Source: Octopus vulgaris
Lineage: Eukaryota
Assembly (NCBI GenBank): GCA_951406725.2
Contig: OX597816.1
Coordinates: forward strand, 62,434,001 to 62,498,000
Length of the DNA: 64,000 nucleotides
Reading direction: 5' to 3'
A program made the translations under genes and the position numbers. Shown piece by piece: positions 24,921 through 39,406 of the stretch. A model generated the notes under the pieces. The model did not search any database, was not told where the DNA came from, and saw only the letters and a list, made by a program, of their open reading frames with translations. The stretch's first letter is position 1. Each line of letters begins with the position of its first letter.

Positions 24921-26599
24921 TCATCATTTATTTATAATAAGCAAGTCAATATTCTGTATTTTAAGGATGATAATATTTCATGTTTCCTTTCTTGATGAAT
25001 CATTTTCTTCTTATTTTTGTCACTTATGTAATCTTATTTATCTTCTCTACTCAAGTAGTTAGTGTCATCTCAGCTGTTTGTTTTGCAACCATAGGCGCCA
25101 TTTATCTATCTTAGTTTTTGTGTTTCATATATCGCAATATATTGTTCATTTAATCTCGGAATTTCTATTGCTGAAATTATAAGAACTCATAAGAAAAAAT
25201 GTTTTACGTACATTTATTATTTGGTTTTGGTATGCTGCAGTGCCGAAGGACTTTTTATTCGTTTCATATAATCCATGTTTATTTAACTTATAATCTAAAA
25301 ATCCTATTACATATTATTCTGGCGCTACTTCAGAGTGACTTTGACATCGACAATTGGTTGAATCAAATTGCTAAAGATGAGTTTCGATTGATCCAGTAAA
25401 GTAGATTATTATTTTTCATTTTCATCGTACTTTTTGTTGTTGTTGTCTTCGAGATCTATAATGAAGAATAGACACAAGTACGATAAAGAACATTCCGATT
25501 TAACCCTCTTATCATTCTTCATGCATACAGTATGCGCAAATCTATTATCCAATATATCATTCCGCCTTTTACGTCGGTAGCAAGTGATTTAATGATGGTG
25601 TAATTGCTATTTCTAGCAGAATGAATTACCGGTAATGCCCGTTTTCTATTTGTGCAGCCTCAAAGGCAGTTGTAATCGGGCTGTCCAATGGTACGGCGGT
25701 ACTTGTTGTGTAACCCTCGGGTCAGCTCTTTCTCATGGCAAGTTGGTAGTTGGTTGAACGACCAGTCGCGAAATACAGATTTGCTTCCTTTTTCCCGCTA
25801 TATTATTATTTCACCGAGTCAAGAACTATACTGCACATTCCGATATACAATTTCAGATTACACATGGGCTTGTGGTTGGACTCTTTGGAAAAACTCCTTT
25901 TTCTCTCTCCTCCTCCTCCCTCTACTGTGCAACATGATTCAAGTTGATTGTAGTTTCAACTGGTATCAACATCATAAGCTATTCTTATGCACATTATTGT
26001 GCTTGAAACCTCCAGAGTATTATTTGGTGCTAATAATGCAGATTAAGCATAAACGCATTACAACCTTACATATATTAAACAGAAATATTAAACAGTTTTG
26101 ATCAGCTGATGTTATTGTAGTTCGGAGCTATTCAAGTTGTTATATTCTGTGTGTATGTGGTTTATTTTTATGCATTTCACAGCTAAATGATAGATGCTGT
26201 TTTTAGGATGCTGTTTTCTTAGTTTTCTGAAGGTGTTTTATATGAGTGAGCTTGAAAATGACAATTAATGATGTGAGGGGGACTGTCATGATTTAAGTTT
26301 GTAGCAACACATTGTATCCCTTGCATACACAGGCAATATAGGATTTTTTAGTTATTTTTTTTTCGCTGTGTATTGGTGTCCAGTGGCAGTAGTGTGTCAT
26401 GGATTCAGATGCTCAGTAGTGCCTTATTTTGTATTCTATATAGACCGTTGTAAATTGATGTGAAAAAACTGAGGGATTCAGAAGAAATGGCATAATCTAT
26501 GTTATGTCTAGTGTACTTTTATTTTTTTCTGTTGGCATCTATATTTTACCATAATTATGTCCCGCTTCGTTTTGCATTCTACATTGTAACAAATATGTA

Positions 26600-27831
26600 C
26601 GAAGTGGTATCAAAAGCTTCCAGGAATAGTTCTGTAGTGTGCCGTCAAATGGCAGTACACGGTTGAGTGCGCAGTGAGAGCTAGCAGTAACCTTCATGAG
26701 GCGGTGTGCCGAGTGGCATGGCTGCGTTTACTTCGTGAGCTGTGAAATTTGTGTTTCTGTGATAACGTGTATGCTGTACTCTGCGATTTTGTTATGGACC
26801 GGAAGCTGGAACAAAGAACCAGCGTCGTTAACTTTGGGACCACTGGTACAGAGGCGTTGAGCATGCTTCACCAAGCTTGCGGGTACGAGGCAATGAGTTG
26901 TACACAATGTTTCGAGTGCTAGGGGCGCTTCATAAGCGGAAGAACATCTCTGGAAGATGACGAACGACCTGAAAAGCCTGCCATGAGCATCAACCCCGGA
27001 TATGTGGAGAAAAAATCATCAGGTTGTGTATCAGGATCATTGGAGGACAATCAACGACATTGCTAACGTCTGAATTGAGCATGTGGCGTGTCTCTGCCAA
27101 GTTTGTCCCCTGTCTGCTGACCACTGAGTAGAAAGGACACTGCGTTGAAATCTGTCAAGATCTCTGTCAACATGTCGAGGATCATCACCGGTGACGAGAC
27201 TTGGGTCGACGGGTGCGACCTTGAGAAAAAACAGCGATCGTCACAATGGAAGTGGCCTTCCTCTCCACGACCGAAGAAGCCACGACAGAGCCGCAGATCA
27301 ATCAAGAGCATGCTCATCGTTCCTTTCAATATCTGCGGAATTGTGCATCGAGAATTCAGACCATCAATTGAGAGTTTTGCTGCAAAGTTTTGAAGCGTTT
27401 GAGGAAGAACATTTGGCGAAGAATTTTGTTCTTTGGCGAAGAATTGGATTCTTCACGTCGACAATACACTCTCTCACCAAGCTCTCCTCCCTCGTGTTTT
27501 TCTCACCAAAAGCAACATGGTATCCCCTCTGCACCTACCCTATTCGTTAGATTCAGCGCTTGCAGACTTCTATCTTTGTCCCAAAATCAAAAATGCAACT
27601 CAAACGTCGTCGCCTTAACATCGGTGTCGCGATTCAGAGCGATTCGCAGAAGGTCCTCGACTTGCTTACGGAATACAACTTCCAGGCCGGATTCCAAAAG
27701 GATCAGGAACTCTGGGACCGGTGTATTGCTGCTCAAAGTAACTGTTTCGAAGGACGTGATATTAAGACTTAGGTAAATGAGGTATTTTTTTTAAGCATAA
27801 CTAGTCCGAGAACATAGCAATATCACATCGG
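26600..27831 (+). mobile_element. Decayed near-full-length mariner (DD34D) element
   Basis: Degenerate TIRs (TA)CGAAGTGGTATCAAAAGCTTCCAGGAATAGTT / AACTAGTCCGAGAACATAGCAATATCACATCG. Motifs IITGDETWV, WILHVDN, LPYSLDSALADFYL, WDRCIAAQ with frameshifts. Confidence 0.9.
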
Positions 27832-28743
27832 ATATTGTCAATGCTCTGGTGTCGTTGCATGTAACTCTAGCAATTTATGGTTGCATAGTAGCATATTAAT
27901 GTTGCTGTGTTGGATTGTTGGTTGCATTTAATGTTCTCTGGTGTTTCTTGTAAGAAGTGAGTCCAGTGAGTCAATCGATTTGGAGGATCGATCTTAGTCG
28001 TCTTAACATTGTGTGCGTAGAACTGTATAATTCAATGTATTGTTCCATTATTACGGTGGCAAGATCCGGGCTGATAGATAATTCCTTTAAATTGAAGTAG
28101 TTGTAGAGTTGTGAATTTGTCGGTGACATAAATTGAGAGAATATGTGTGATATCATCAGTGTGTGAGTTTCTTTATTTGTACTGATGTTTTGAGAATGTA
28201 CAGGAAGTTTTAGTTGGTACACCTAGAGAAATGTTGGTGAGAAGATAGAACCTTGAGGTAATTTGTTCGGGGAATTGTAAATCCTGGAATTATTGTTTTT
28301 GTATAATACATATAATTAATGATCTGGATGGTTTTATTCCATTCTGTATTTTATATGATTCATATTGAGGTTTTGGGTATTTTGTGTAGAAGACGATAGT
28401 CGGTGTAAGTATCAACACGGGACACGTTTTTGCTATTTTGTTTATGAAGCCCCTGTGTAACCCCTCAGTTAAGTTGGTGAAAATCATGATGGCTCAGCGT
28501 TTTATTTAGAGAGGGACTGCATAAGTTGATTAAGTCAAGGATTAGATTTTCATGATAGATCATATTAAGCAACTTGGGGTTTTGTTGGGTTTTAGAATTC
28601 TGACGATATTGTGAATTAGACGGTTTTGCTATAAATAGCGGTGATTGAAGTGTTTTCCCCAAGTCTTGGTTATTTATCTATGTGTAACTTCGCTTGAGTA
28701 TGAGGCTGTTGTGTTTTTAGATTTCAGTAGCCTTGGTCTATAC

Positions 28744-28978
28744 CAGTGTTTCTCAGCCAGTTTTTAATTATAACCCTTTTGATTCCTATTTTACTCGGAG
28801 ACACCCTAATAACCATTCGATATTCCAAACATCCTTCTATATTATTAAAATTAAATATTAGCAATGGTATCTGAAAATTAAAATATTCTGTTATCTTATA
28901 GGAAACCAGTTTTTTGTACATAAATCTTAAGAGCAAAATCTTCCGTAGACCCCAAGGGTCCCCGATTGATAACCACTG
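28744..28978. mobile_element. hAT (Charlie-type) MITE
   Basis: TIRs CAGTGTTTCTCAGCC / GATTGATAACCACTG. The 8-bp flanks GTCTATAC / ATCTAGAT fit the NTCTAGAN target preference. Confidence 0.75.
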
Positions 28979-29701
28979 ATCTAGATAGGCAAGTAATTCT
29001 AGAGCGTACATAGTATATTGGTGACTGATTTTCGAAAATATCAAAGAGATTTTGGTTAGTGTTTGAAAACAGTTATGATATTTGAATTCTTTATTTAGTG
29101 ACAAGTAATGGAATGACTCCTACTGTTATTGGTGTTGCTAATTACTTCATATATTGGTTTCTTGTTTGTTTTGTGATGTATATTAAATATAAATATTTGC
29201 CAATTTTCTGTGTGTTTATTGTTTACTTTGTTATTATTTTCTTGTTATGTTGTTTGATGGTGAGTTTTATTCCTGCCGGAATGTTCGTGTACTGGGTTTG
29301 AGATTATCGCTGATTTTTACCAGGATGCCTCTTTCTGATGTGTAATTGAGACCGTATTTATTTTATATTGCCTCGTGGGATACAGTTTATAGATGCATCT
29401 ATAATAATTTTGTTGCATGTGTGTCCTACAGTGTCATAACCGCTGAGGGTTGAATTTCCTGAAGTACAAAATATTTGATTCTCTCTTTAGTGGAACTGCT
29501 TCTGCTGGGATGTTTTGTAGTTTTCAAAAGCGATTTTACTTTGTTCATTCATGTGCGAGTGTTTTGTAATGATAAAAGTTAGGTTAGAGAGGAGAAATGG
29601 CGGAGAAGAGGGATGTTTGTAAAATTATTGTGGTATTTAGATGTATGTGGCAGAAGGTACTTGGGGGAGATGTATTGTTGTATTGTTGTTGACATTATGA
29701 A

Positions 29702-29817
<116 letters not shown>

Positions 29818-30336
29818 GTATTTATATATATATATATATATTATACATATATATATATTGTATATATGTATATAATATATATATATATATATAATTATAC
29901 ATATATATATATATGTATGTATATATATATATATATATAATTATAATTATATATAATTAAATTATATATATATATATATAATTATATATATATATGTGTG
30001 TGCGTGTGTGTGCGTGCATGGGTGTGCAATGGTGTGAGTGTGTGCGTATGCTGATCATGATTTAGGAGACAAAAGAACTTTCGTTGTGACCACGTTACAT
30101 TACCGGTTGCGGTTATGTAGTGAATGAATATCACGATCTGTTTTAATTGAAGTCTCATGAAATTATGGCATTTGAAAGCGTTTTACTTTGTTGTTGCTGG
30201 TATATCGATTGCAGATACTCATGGTTATGTATACACATGCATTCATACATACATACATACATACATGCATATATACATACATACATGCATACGTACGTAC
30301 ATACATACATACACACACTAACGCGCAACCCCACAC

Positions 30337-30393
<57 letters not shown>

Positions 30394-30394
<1 letters not shown>

Positions 30395-31171
30395 TAGCAG
30401 CATAGCCCGGCGTTGCCCGGGTATGTAAGAGCCCCTAGTAGGCAACGACTAATCCCAATCTAGTCCTTTCCCTCTAGGGAAAGAAGGCGCATGTGTAGGT
30501 TGCAATGTCTTCTCTTCACTCCCAAATAACTATCAAACAGCTATCGATAATGCAACCCAACCAATTCCTACCAGGAAGAAATTACATTCGAGACTTTACC
30601 TCCAACACCGCCACTTCTGCTAATAGCTGCTGCAGCCGCAAGTTATTCGAATACTTTTTTTGTTTACACTTTCTTTATAACTACCACCTCAAACGTTTTA
30701 CCTTAAATTTTTGACCCTAAGGGTCCTCGGACGCTACTTGTAAACTCTTGGTTTATTATAAACAGCTTTTGTCGTGTGCACCAAAAAAACCTTTTCCATT
30801 CGTTTGTTCAGTTTGGCCACTTTTGACTTTTTCGTTGTTGTCACTCACATTGCTGCCCGCTTTTTTGCCGTTTTTGTACACTTTTATACATTTCGGGATA
30901 CTTACCCCACATGTTCCGAGAGTTAAAAAGGTCGAGTTGCGTTCCCTAGACAGTCTGTAGAAAATGTGTTGCATGTAAAAAGCTTAGATTCTCGACCTAT
31001 GTCGAATTTATTGAATTTTTTTCAGAACTGGGGGAACTTTTCAAAATTTTCGCTGCGTTAGTTTTGAATTATGACATTGGGCTATGTGTGTGTCAAGTTT
31101 CATCAGAATCGGTTGAAAGCCGTGGTCAGGGTGAGGGTACAACCTGACAGACACACAGACAGACAAACTGC

Positions 31172-31180
<9 letters not shown>
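30394..31180 (-). mobile_element. Non-autonomous Helitron
   Basis: The minus-strand 3' end is the hairpin CCCGG-GCAACG-CCGGG followed by CTAG|T. The other end is (ACAG)n-AAACTGCCTTTTATATA, merging into (TA)n. Confidence 0.75.
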
Positions 31181-31231
<51 letters not shown>

Positions 31232-31250
31232 GACATATATATATCTCGAA

Positions 31251-31480
31251 GGCGGCGAGCTGGCAGAAACGTTTGCACGCCGGGCGAAATGCGTAGCCGT
31301 ATTTCGTCTGCCGTTACGTTCTGAGTTCAAATTCCGTCGAGGTCGACTTTGCCTTTCATCCTTTCGGGGTCGATAAATTAAGTACCAGTTACGCACTGGG
31401 GTCGATGTAATGGACTTAATTCGTTTGTCTGTCCTTGTTTGTCCCCTCTGTGCTTAGCCCCTTGTGGGTAGTAAAGAAAA
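31251..31480 (+). mobile_element. SINE family B (Deu/Nin-like core), well preserved
   Basis: GGCGGCGAGCTGGCAGAAACG..GAGTTCAAATTCC..GGTCGACTTTGCCTTTCATCCTTTCGGGGTCGATAAATTAAGTACCAG. Confidence 0.92.
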
Positions 31481-31497
31481 AATATATATATATATAT

Positions 31498-31897
31498 GTG
31501 GCTGTGTGGTAAGTAGCTTGCTAACCAACCACATGGTTCCGGGTTCAGTCCCACTGTGTGGCACCTTGGGCAAGTGTCTTCTGCTATAGCCCCAGGCCGA
31601 CCAATACCTTGTGAGTGGATTTGGTAGATGGAAACTGAAAGAAGCTTGTCGTATATATATATATATGTGTGTGTATGTTTGTGTGTCTGTGTTTGTCCCC
31701 CTAGCATTGCTTGACAACCGACGCTGGTGTGTTTACGTCCCCGTCACTTAGCGGTTCGGCAAAAAGAGAACGATAGAATAAGTACTAGGCTTACAAAGAA
31801 TAAGTCCCGGGGTCGATTTGTTCGACTAAAGGCGGTGCTCCAGCATGGCCGCAGTCAAATGACTGAAACTAGTAAAAGTAAAGTAAGTAAAGTAAGT
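31498..31897 (+). mobile_element. SINE family A
   Basis: Same body and tail as the 4435 copy. Confidence 0.92.
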
Positions 31898-34092
31898 ATA
31901 TGCACATGTATCGATATACACTCATAAACACGCATGTATGTGCGCATAGTTAATATATGCATTGTATTAATACATTCCCGATTGCCGCCTCTCATTTTGA
32001 TTAACCAGATCATTTTTTAGAATTTAATTAACGGTACCTGATTACGTGTATGCTGTGTGGTTCTCTGCCTTTTGATAAACACAATGTAACCGTCTTAAAA
32101 TGAAATTTGGTATTTAAGTATATTTATATTTTAAAACAATTTGTTTCGTGCTAATTAGGTTGACTTTTATGCGAGACTTATTCAGGTTGTTTTGCTGTAT
32201 TCTATCCAGACAACTGCATATTATAACGTAATTTCCTGCTTTGATGTTTTCCTCATTATCGCCATAATATCGTGTACTGGTCATTTTGTAAATAAAGTTT
32301 CAAATAATGTTTTTGTGCCAATACATTGTTTCAGTCGTCTCTTGTTTACGTTCACACTTAGGACAAATATTTCTCTGCGACTAATTCAGTTTATTCAACC
32401 GTCAATTAAAATCGTAACTTCTTTTTCCGTAACGTAATCTTTTGGGTTGAGTTACAAGTATAGCCATCTGTTATTAAGACGTTAGGGTATAATCTAGAGG
32501 AGAATTGGCTGCAATTGTGATTGGCCGAGCAACCGTTTGAACTTCATGTTTCTCATATTCTGACAATGTCGGAGATGAAGGCGAGTACTGTCCCTATCCT
32601 TCTCAATGTTTCTAAAGAAAAAGTAACAAGTTCAATGAATAAGTTTCCATTTCTCTATTAAATTAAATTCCCATTTGCTTCTTGTATATTTTCCTCGACT
32701 CTTATTAACATCTCTAACCATTAATTCCTTTCTCTCTGTGTTCGCTACTTCCCGCTGCTACTTCATAAGTGACTCAAAAGTTCATATCCCCAGAGGCGCT
32801 GCTGAATTAATTTCGTTGCAACGATGGCAGTATGGTGTTTGAACATCCAATAAATAAATTTTCAAATGTGTTCAAACGAGACAAGGCAATAAGATTCAAT
32901 TTTACTTATTTGCTTGGATTCTACATTGCTGAATCCTCACAATTTGCTAGAATGTAAAGAATGAAAACACCGTGGACTTGCTTCTGAATCTATCGAGACA
33001 AGGATATCCACTAAACATAATTGTTTCAACGCCTTAAATCTTGCTTTATTTATTTTCTTCTGTACCATCTCCTGATTTTCAATCATATTAATTTCTTCAA
33101 CTCCTAATATCCCAGTAGGAAGTGACATGACTATAACGAAGATCAATTATCACACCTCAGCATCTTTGATTTATAAAGTGTTACGATGGTTTCCCAAGAA
33201 TAATGCATACGTAGCAAAAATTAATGAATGACGTCCACCAACCAAATATCAGTTACGGTTATAGGAGAGAATCTTCGCAAATTTATTTTGCTGCGTTCAG
33301 CATTACACATGGCAAATGTGTCTGCTAATATAAAAACAGAAATTTCCCATTTTGCTTTTCACTTAGACAAAGAATTGCAAACCTTACGAATGTGTTGAAG
33401 GAGGTGGTGGAGCGAGAATTCTATCCTCAGAGTAGAGTCCTTGCATGAATGCTACCATAGTAGACTCCACAAAAGACACCCATAAATGAGATGATACTAT
33501 TAAATTTACCGCCAAAGAGAGGTAATGGTTGCTCCAAATAGTTTCCACGTTTCCTGTCTGCTAAGTGCCATTCACAAGGCTCTCAGCTGAGACAATAGCT
33601 CGGACAGGGGCAATACATCGTGTTCTTGATGGAAACACTTAATTTTCTTTTCCTCCGTTACTTTCAGATGTTAACGAGTTCTAGTACTAGCTGGGAGGCT
33701 AAACCTACGACACACCGGCGCCTCGTCCAGGAAAGTGTGTTGCGACCTCACTCACTTATACGGCATGAAAACTGAGTTTAGCTCCGTCGTAATGAATCCT
33801 TGGTTACATGACAGGCATACACATAGTTGAACTGGGGTTGTATGGAGTAACATTTTCTGTACAGAAACAGCTCTTCACGAATAAAATGCATAGCCACCAC
33901 AAAAATCTTTCCAGAAACTCTTTCTAGAAAGAGTTTATGTATTTACACACACACACACACACACACACACGGACGCACACATACAAACACGTTCTGTGTA
34001 CATGTACATATAACTGATTTTCCCAGTAACCCTTGCTTGTACGCCCCCCCTTTCTATCTATCTATCTATCTATCTATTTATCTATATGTGTC

Positions 34093-34143
<51 letters not shown>

Positions 34144-34714
34144 CATATACAGATGCATTTATATATATATACATATATATGTATATATATATAGATTATA
34201 TATATGTATATATATGTATTAGGTTGTTTCACATGCAATTTCGCATTTTAACTACTTATAATTTAATAATTAAAACGCAGTTATGTGTGAAGATTACGTG
34301 AAGAATACGGCTGTTTCGCAAATTCCATGGTGTAATAATTTCAGTGTTGAAGAAATTATGTCTGCATGTTTACATTAATTTGCATGCTCAGCATTATACA
34401 ATTGTATTATAACATACCGAACATGTATATTAATGTAAACATGTAAACACAGGTTCTTCTACACTGAAATTGTTAACATATGTTGAATTTCCATCTTTTC
34501 TGATCTCCTGGATTTCAGCTGCGTTCGATTACTTTGTGCTATGGTAACCGAGTCCGTTAGAGGAGCTTTCTTTTAGCCAAGTAATTCTCTGAATTCAAAT
34601 TATATGACAAATTTACATGGATACACACAGGCGCGCACGCGCACACATATATCTACATATACATGTAAGTGAGTGTATGTGTGTGCGCAAATATATTCTT
34701 TTATTACATGCAGT

Positions 34715-35085
34715 CCGAGTGTTGAGAACATGGCGGAGCATTTCCTATGGAAATTGTACGGTTTCAGCGGTATATATCCTTTTGTGAACGAGAATGTCCC
34801 AACCTGTGAAACTGATCCGTCTTGGATTGATCCCAGCATAATACGCTGGCTACTTGAATGCATTTATACAAACTCCATCTATGTATCGGTATCTCTTTCA
34901 ACTTCTTTCTCAAGATATTCAAAAGCTATGAAGCTTTGAAGGCTTTTACAGCAGCATGCCATGATTTTCAATAGAATCTGTAGGATCTTTGGAACTGTGC
35001 TGCTGTAATAAGTTCGGGCATAAGCAGAACCATCATTACTGATCCTCGGGGGGAGTCCTGCAAGTATCTCCTCTAAGATACCTGT
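34715..35085 (-). pseudogene. Probable highly decayed non-LTR RT fragment (RTE-like)
   Basis: ILEEILAGL..SST..SFIAFEYLEKEVERD then WSLYK..SVL..TDQF resembles ILERIL..RST..YIAFVDLEKAFDR..SLY..F. Confidence 0.4.
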
Positions 35086-35208
35086 AATATATAATATCAC
35101 ACACACACACACATATATATATGTATGTACGCATATCCATATCGACAAAATTCTATATATGTATCTGTATATCTGTTTGTCTTTCTGTCTGTCTGTCTAT
35201 CTATCTAC

Positions 35209-35284
<76 letters not shown>

Positions 35285-35444
35285 TTATATATATAAACAT
35301 AAATACATTATATATATATATATGTGCATTTATATATATATATAAACATATATACATATATTTATTTATACATATATATGTATAAACATATATATATATA
35401 TACATTTATATATATAAACAAATATACATATATTTATTTATAGT

Positions 35445-35476
<32 letters not shown>

Positions 35477-35490
35477 CATTTATATATATA

Positions 35491-35548
<58 letters not shown>

Positions 35549-35642
35549 GATATATATATACATTTATATTTATAAACATATATACATATATTTATTTATA
35601 CATATATATATATATATATATACACACATACACACACACACG

Positions 35643-35691
<49 letters not shown>

Positions 35692-36674
35692 TGATACATA
35701 CCTGCATACATACAATAATTACATTACATGTATACGTATTAAATTCAATCTGGGTGCAAATTACTCAATACATTAAGTACACATACACAACGTGAAAGCT
35801 GGAGCACACACAGGCATAACCGCTCATATATACACACACAAACAAATACACACACATATACATACGTACACACACGTGTACACTCACCGATACATATACA
35901 CATCTATTGACATCGCCCTTTTCATTGTTATTGAAGCTTTGGAGCGGTTACCGACACAAAACTTCAAAGAGTTGCTTCAAAAAAAAAAAAAAAGCAGCGG
36001 CCTGTGAAGTGGTTAACATCTACAACACAAGCAAGAGAAACAAATAGAAACATCTAGAACAAGCACAAGTGCAAAATACACAAAATACAAAACTACTAAA
36101 CAACAACAACAACAACAACAACGACACGAACAACCACAACAATAACAGCAACATGAACGACGGTAGCAAGTGCAACAACAAACATAAGTAGTGTTAAAAA
36201 TAACAGAAACATCAAATTGTAAGTTAATTTCGTGTGCTGTTTGATAAGTCCTGATCAGCAAAGACTACGAAATATACTAATGGAATCAGAGAACGATTTA
36301 TTTGAAGTTACCTCTCTTGGGACGCACTAAAATCGTAATGTTAAAGGAATAAAGATAAGACGGTGTTTTAATGAAATCAGTAAATTAATAATATAACGAT
36401 AATCATAAAACTAATAGTAATAATATTAATAATAACGACGAGGATAATTTACTTTATTGCTACAAGGGAGGGCAATATTACACGAAATTACAAAAGCGGC
36501 GACCGGTTTCACTTCTGGCATCATGGAATAGGTGAAGAGAGTACACGCGCTTGCTTGCATTCATCCACAAGCACTAACGCTCACTCATGCATGCATGTAT
36601 ATGGGTAGAATACATACGTCTCTAATCATACATACGTACTAATCCACTCACGGAACACACAAAACACACTCATA

Positions 36675-36706
<32 letters not shown>

Positions 36707-36724
36707 GACATACAAATAGCTGTA

Positions 36725-36763
<39 letters not shown>

Positions 36764-37048
36764 AAACATAAAACATATATATATATATATATATATATAT
36801 GAATATATAGATGTATATACATATTGATATGAATATATATGTATATATATACGTATATACATATATATATACATATATGCATATATAAATATATGCATAT
36901 ATATAAATTTATATCTTAACAATTTATTATTATATCTCATTGTATCTTCATATATATACACAAACATATATATATATATATATACATACACACATATATA
37001 TGTTTATATATATATGCATATAAATTCATATGCATATATAAATTTCAG

Positions 37049-37080
<32 letters not shown>

Positions 37081-37083
<3 letters not shown>

Positions 37084-37314
37084 GAGGCGCAATGGCCTAG
37101 TGGTTAGGGCAGCGGACTTGCGGTCGGAGGATCGCGGTTTCGATTCCCAGACCGGGCGTTGTGTGTGTTTATTGAGCGAAAAAACACCTAAAAGCTCCAC
37201 GAGGCTCCGGCAGGAGGTGGTGATCCCTGCTGTACTCTTTCACCACTCTAAAAGGCGGTGCTCCAGCATGGCGCAGTCAAATGACTGAAACAAGTACAAA
37301 AAAAAAAAAAAAAA
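37081..37314 (+). mobile_element. Chimeric SINE: family C head and core fused to a family A 3' tail
   Basis: GTGGAGGCGCAATGGCCTAGTGG..CTGTACTCTTTCACCACT, then CTAAAAGGCGGTGCTCCAGCATGG..CAAATGACTGAAACAAGTAC(A)n. Confidence 0.85.
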
Positions 37315-37363
<49 letters not shown>

Positions 37364-37607
37364 AACATATACACACTTATATTTATGTATTTTTGTGCAT
37401 ATGTGTAAATGTATAGCTATATACATACATACATAAATATATTCATATATATGTACATACATAACTATAAATTTATGTATATAAGTGCGTCTATATACTA
37501 ACACACACCGTCTCACAAATACATCGATGCGGGTACTTATGTAGAGATTTTTTAATAAAATTTTATCCGTATATAAACAAAAATATACAGAATTATTCTA
37601 CAATAAC

Positions 37608-37608
37608 A

Positions 37609-37646
<38 letters not shown>

Positions 37647-37648
37647 TA

Positions 37649-37709
<61 letters not shown>

Positions 37710-37740
37710 CACCACCACCACCACCACCACCACCACCACC

Positions 37741-37803
<63 letters not shown>
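37608..37803 (+). repeat. Compound (CTA)n/(CCA)n trinucleotide microsatellite
   Basis: Direct reading; explains the poly-S/G and poly-V ORFs. Confidence 0.95.
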
Positions 37804-37804
<1 letters not shown>

Positions 37805-38105
37805 GAGGTGCTGCTGATGTTGACAAAGATGAAATTGAAGTTGATGCTGCTGCTACGGTTGCTACTACCGCCATTGCAGCTCTTGCTGCCGATGTTCATG
37901 ATGTAAAAAGAAACAAAACTTCAACGAGAGGCGGTTAATTCTATAGCTGAAAATGACTACGTGGTTAGTGATCCGTGAAGATAACTTCATTACTTATCAA
38001 GGACGGAGGTCAGTTATCAATAAGTTGAGACAAAATATGATTGTAGTGAAGAGTTAATACGGCTTCCCACACTATACATACATATACACATACATGGAAA
38101 CATAC

Positions 38106-38167
<62 letters not shown>

Positions 38168-38217
38168 ATATATATATATATATATAAACACATATACACA
38201 TATAAATGTGTGTGTTG

Positions 38218-38272
<55 letters not shown>

Positions 38273-38663
38273 CATATATATACATATGTATACACACACG
38301 TCCTTACATTTATAAGACCTCGTAGACATTGATAAAAATATAGCTAACATTATCATCAGGTAAATAATTATCTGAGGGCATTTAAGTAGTTTTCATTGTA
38401 TGCAATTATATCGACAGTCTTTATATAAATATTGGTGTTTATATAAATATATGCACTTATGCATATATGCATACCAAACTTTGCATGACTTTATGTTGGT
38501 GTAGGTCTATACTTGTGCTGTAATGTTTGGTAGCGGTGTTGGGTCTGTGGAGGTGATCGTTCTTATCTCCATGTTTGTTCAACTGTGACTATGTAATTTC
38601 CTTAATCGTAACTTATAACTGTTTTGATTTTCGTGCGTGCATACATGTACATATATGTATGTA

Positions 38664-38762
<99 letters not shown>

Positions 38763-39061
38763 GTATATGTGTTTGTTTGAGTGTGTAAAAATGTGTACAT
38801 AGATGCATATATGTATCTATGTATGCATTTATACACTATATATATGTATGTATGCATGTTTGTATGTCAGTATCTATAAATGTGTTTGTATAAATACACA
38901 GATGGATTGAAAGAAATAAGACGACAGAGAAGGACAGATTTATAGACAGATAATTTAGTCGACAGACAAATACATATGTATGTGCTTGTGCGTTTGTGCG
39001 TGAGTGTAGGTTGATGAATAGATATATCGATAGATATATAGATAGCGAGATAGCTAGTTAG

Positions 39062-39406
<345 letters not shown>

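Larger units (their letters stand above)
25950..29560 (-). mobile_element. Very decayed Penelope-like RT ORF, interrupted by younger DNA transposons
   Basis: Minus-strand remnants occur in PLE order: KYGLNY (~29350), FYTKYPKP..KPSRSLII (~28320-28400), NYFNLK..ISPDLATVIMEQY (~28040-28105), FTTVY (~26445). Confidence 0.45.

Noticed and set aside
37552-37899. Poly-Ser/Gly and poly-Val ORFs
   Set aside because: Trinucleotide microsatellite
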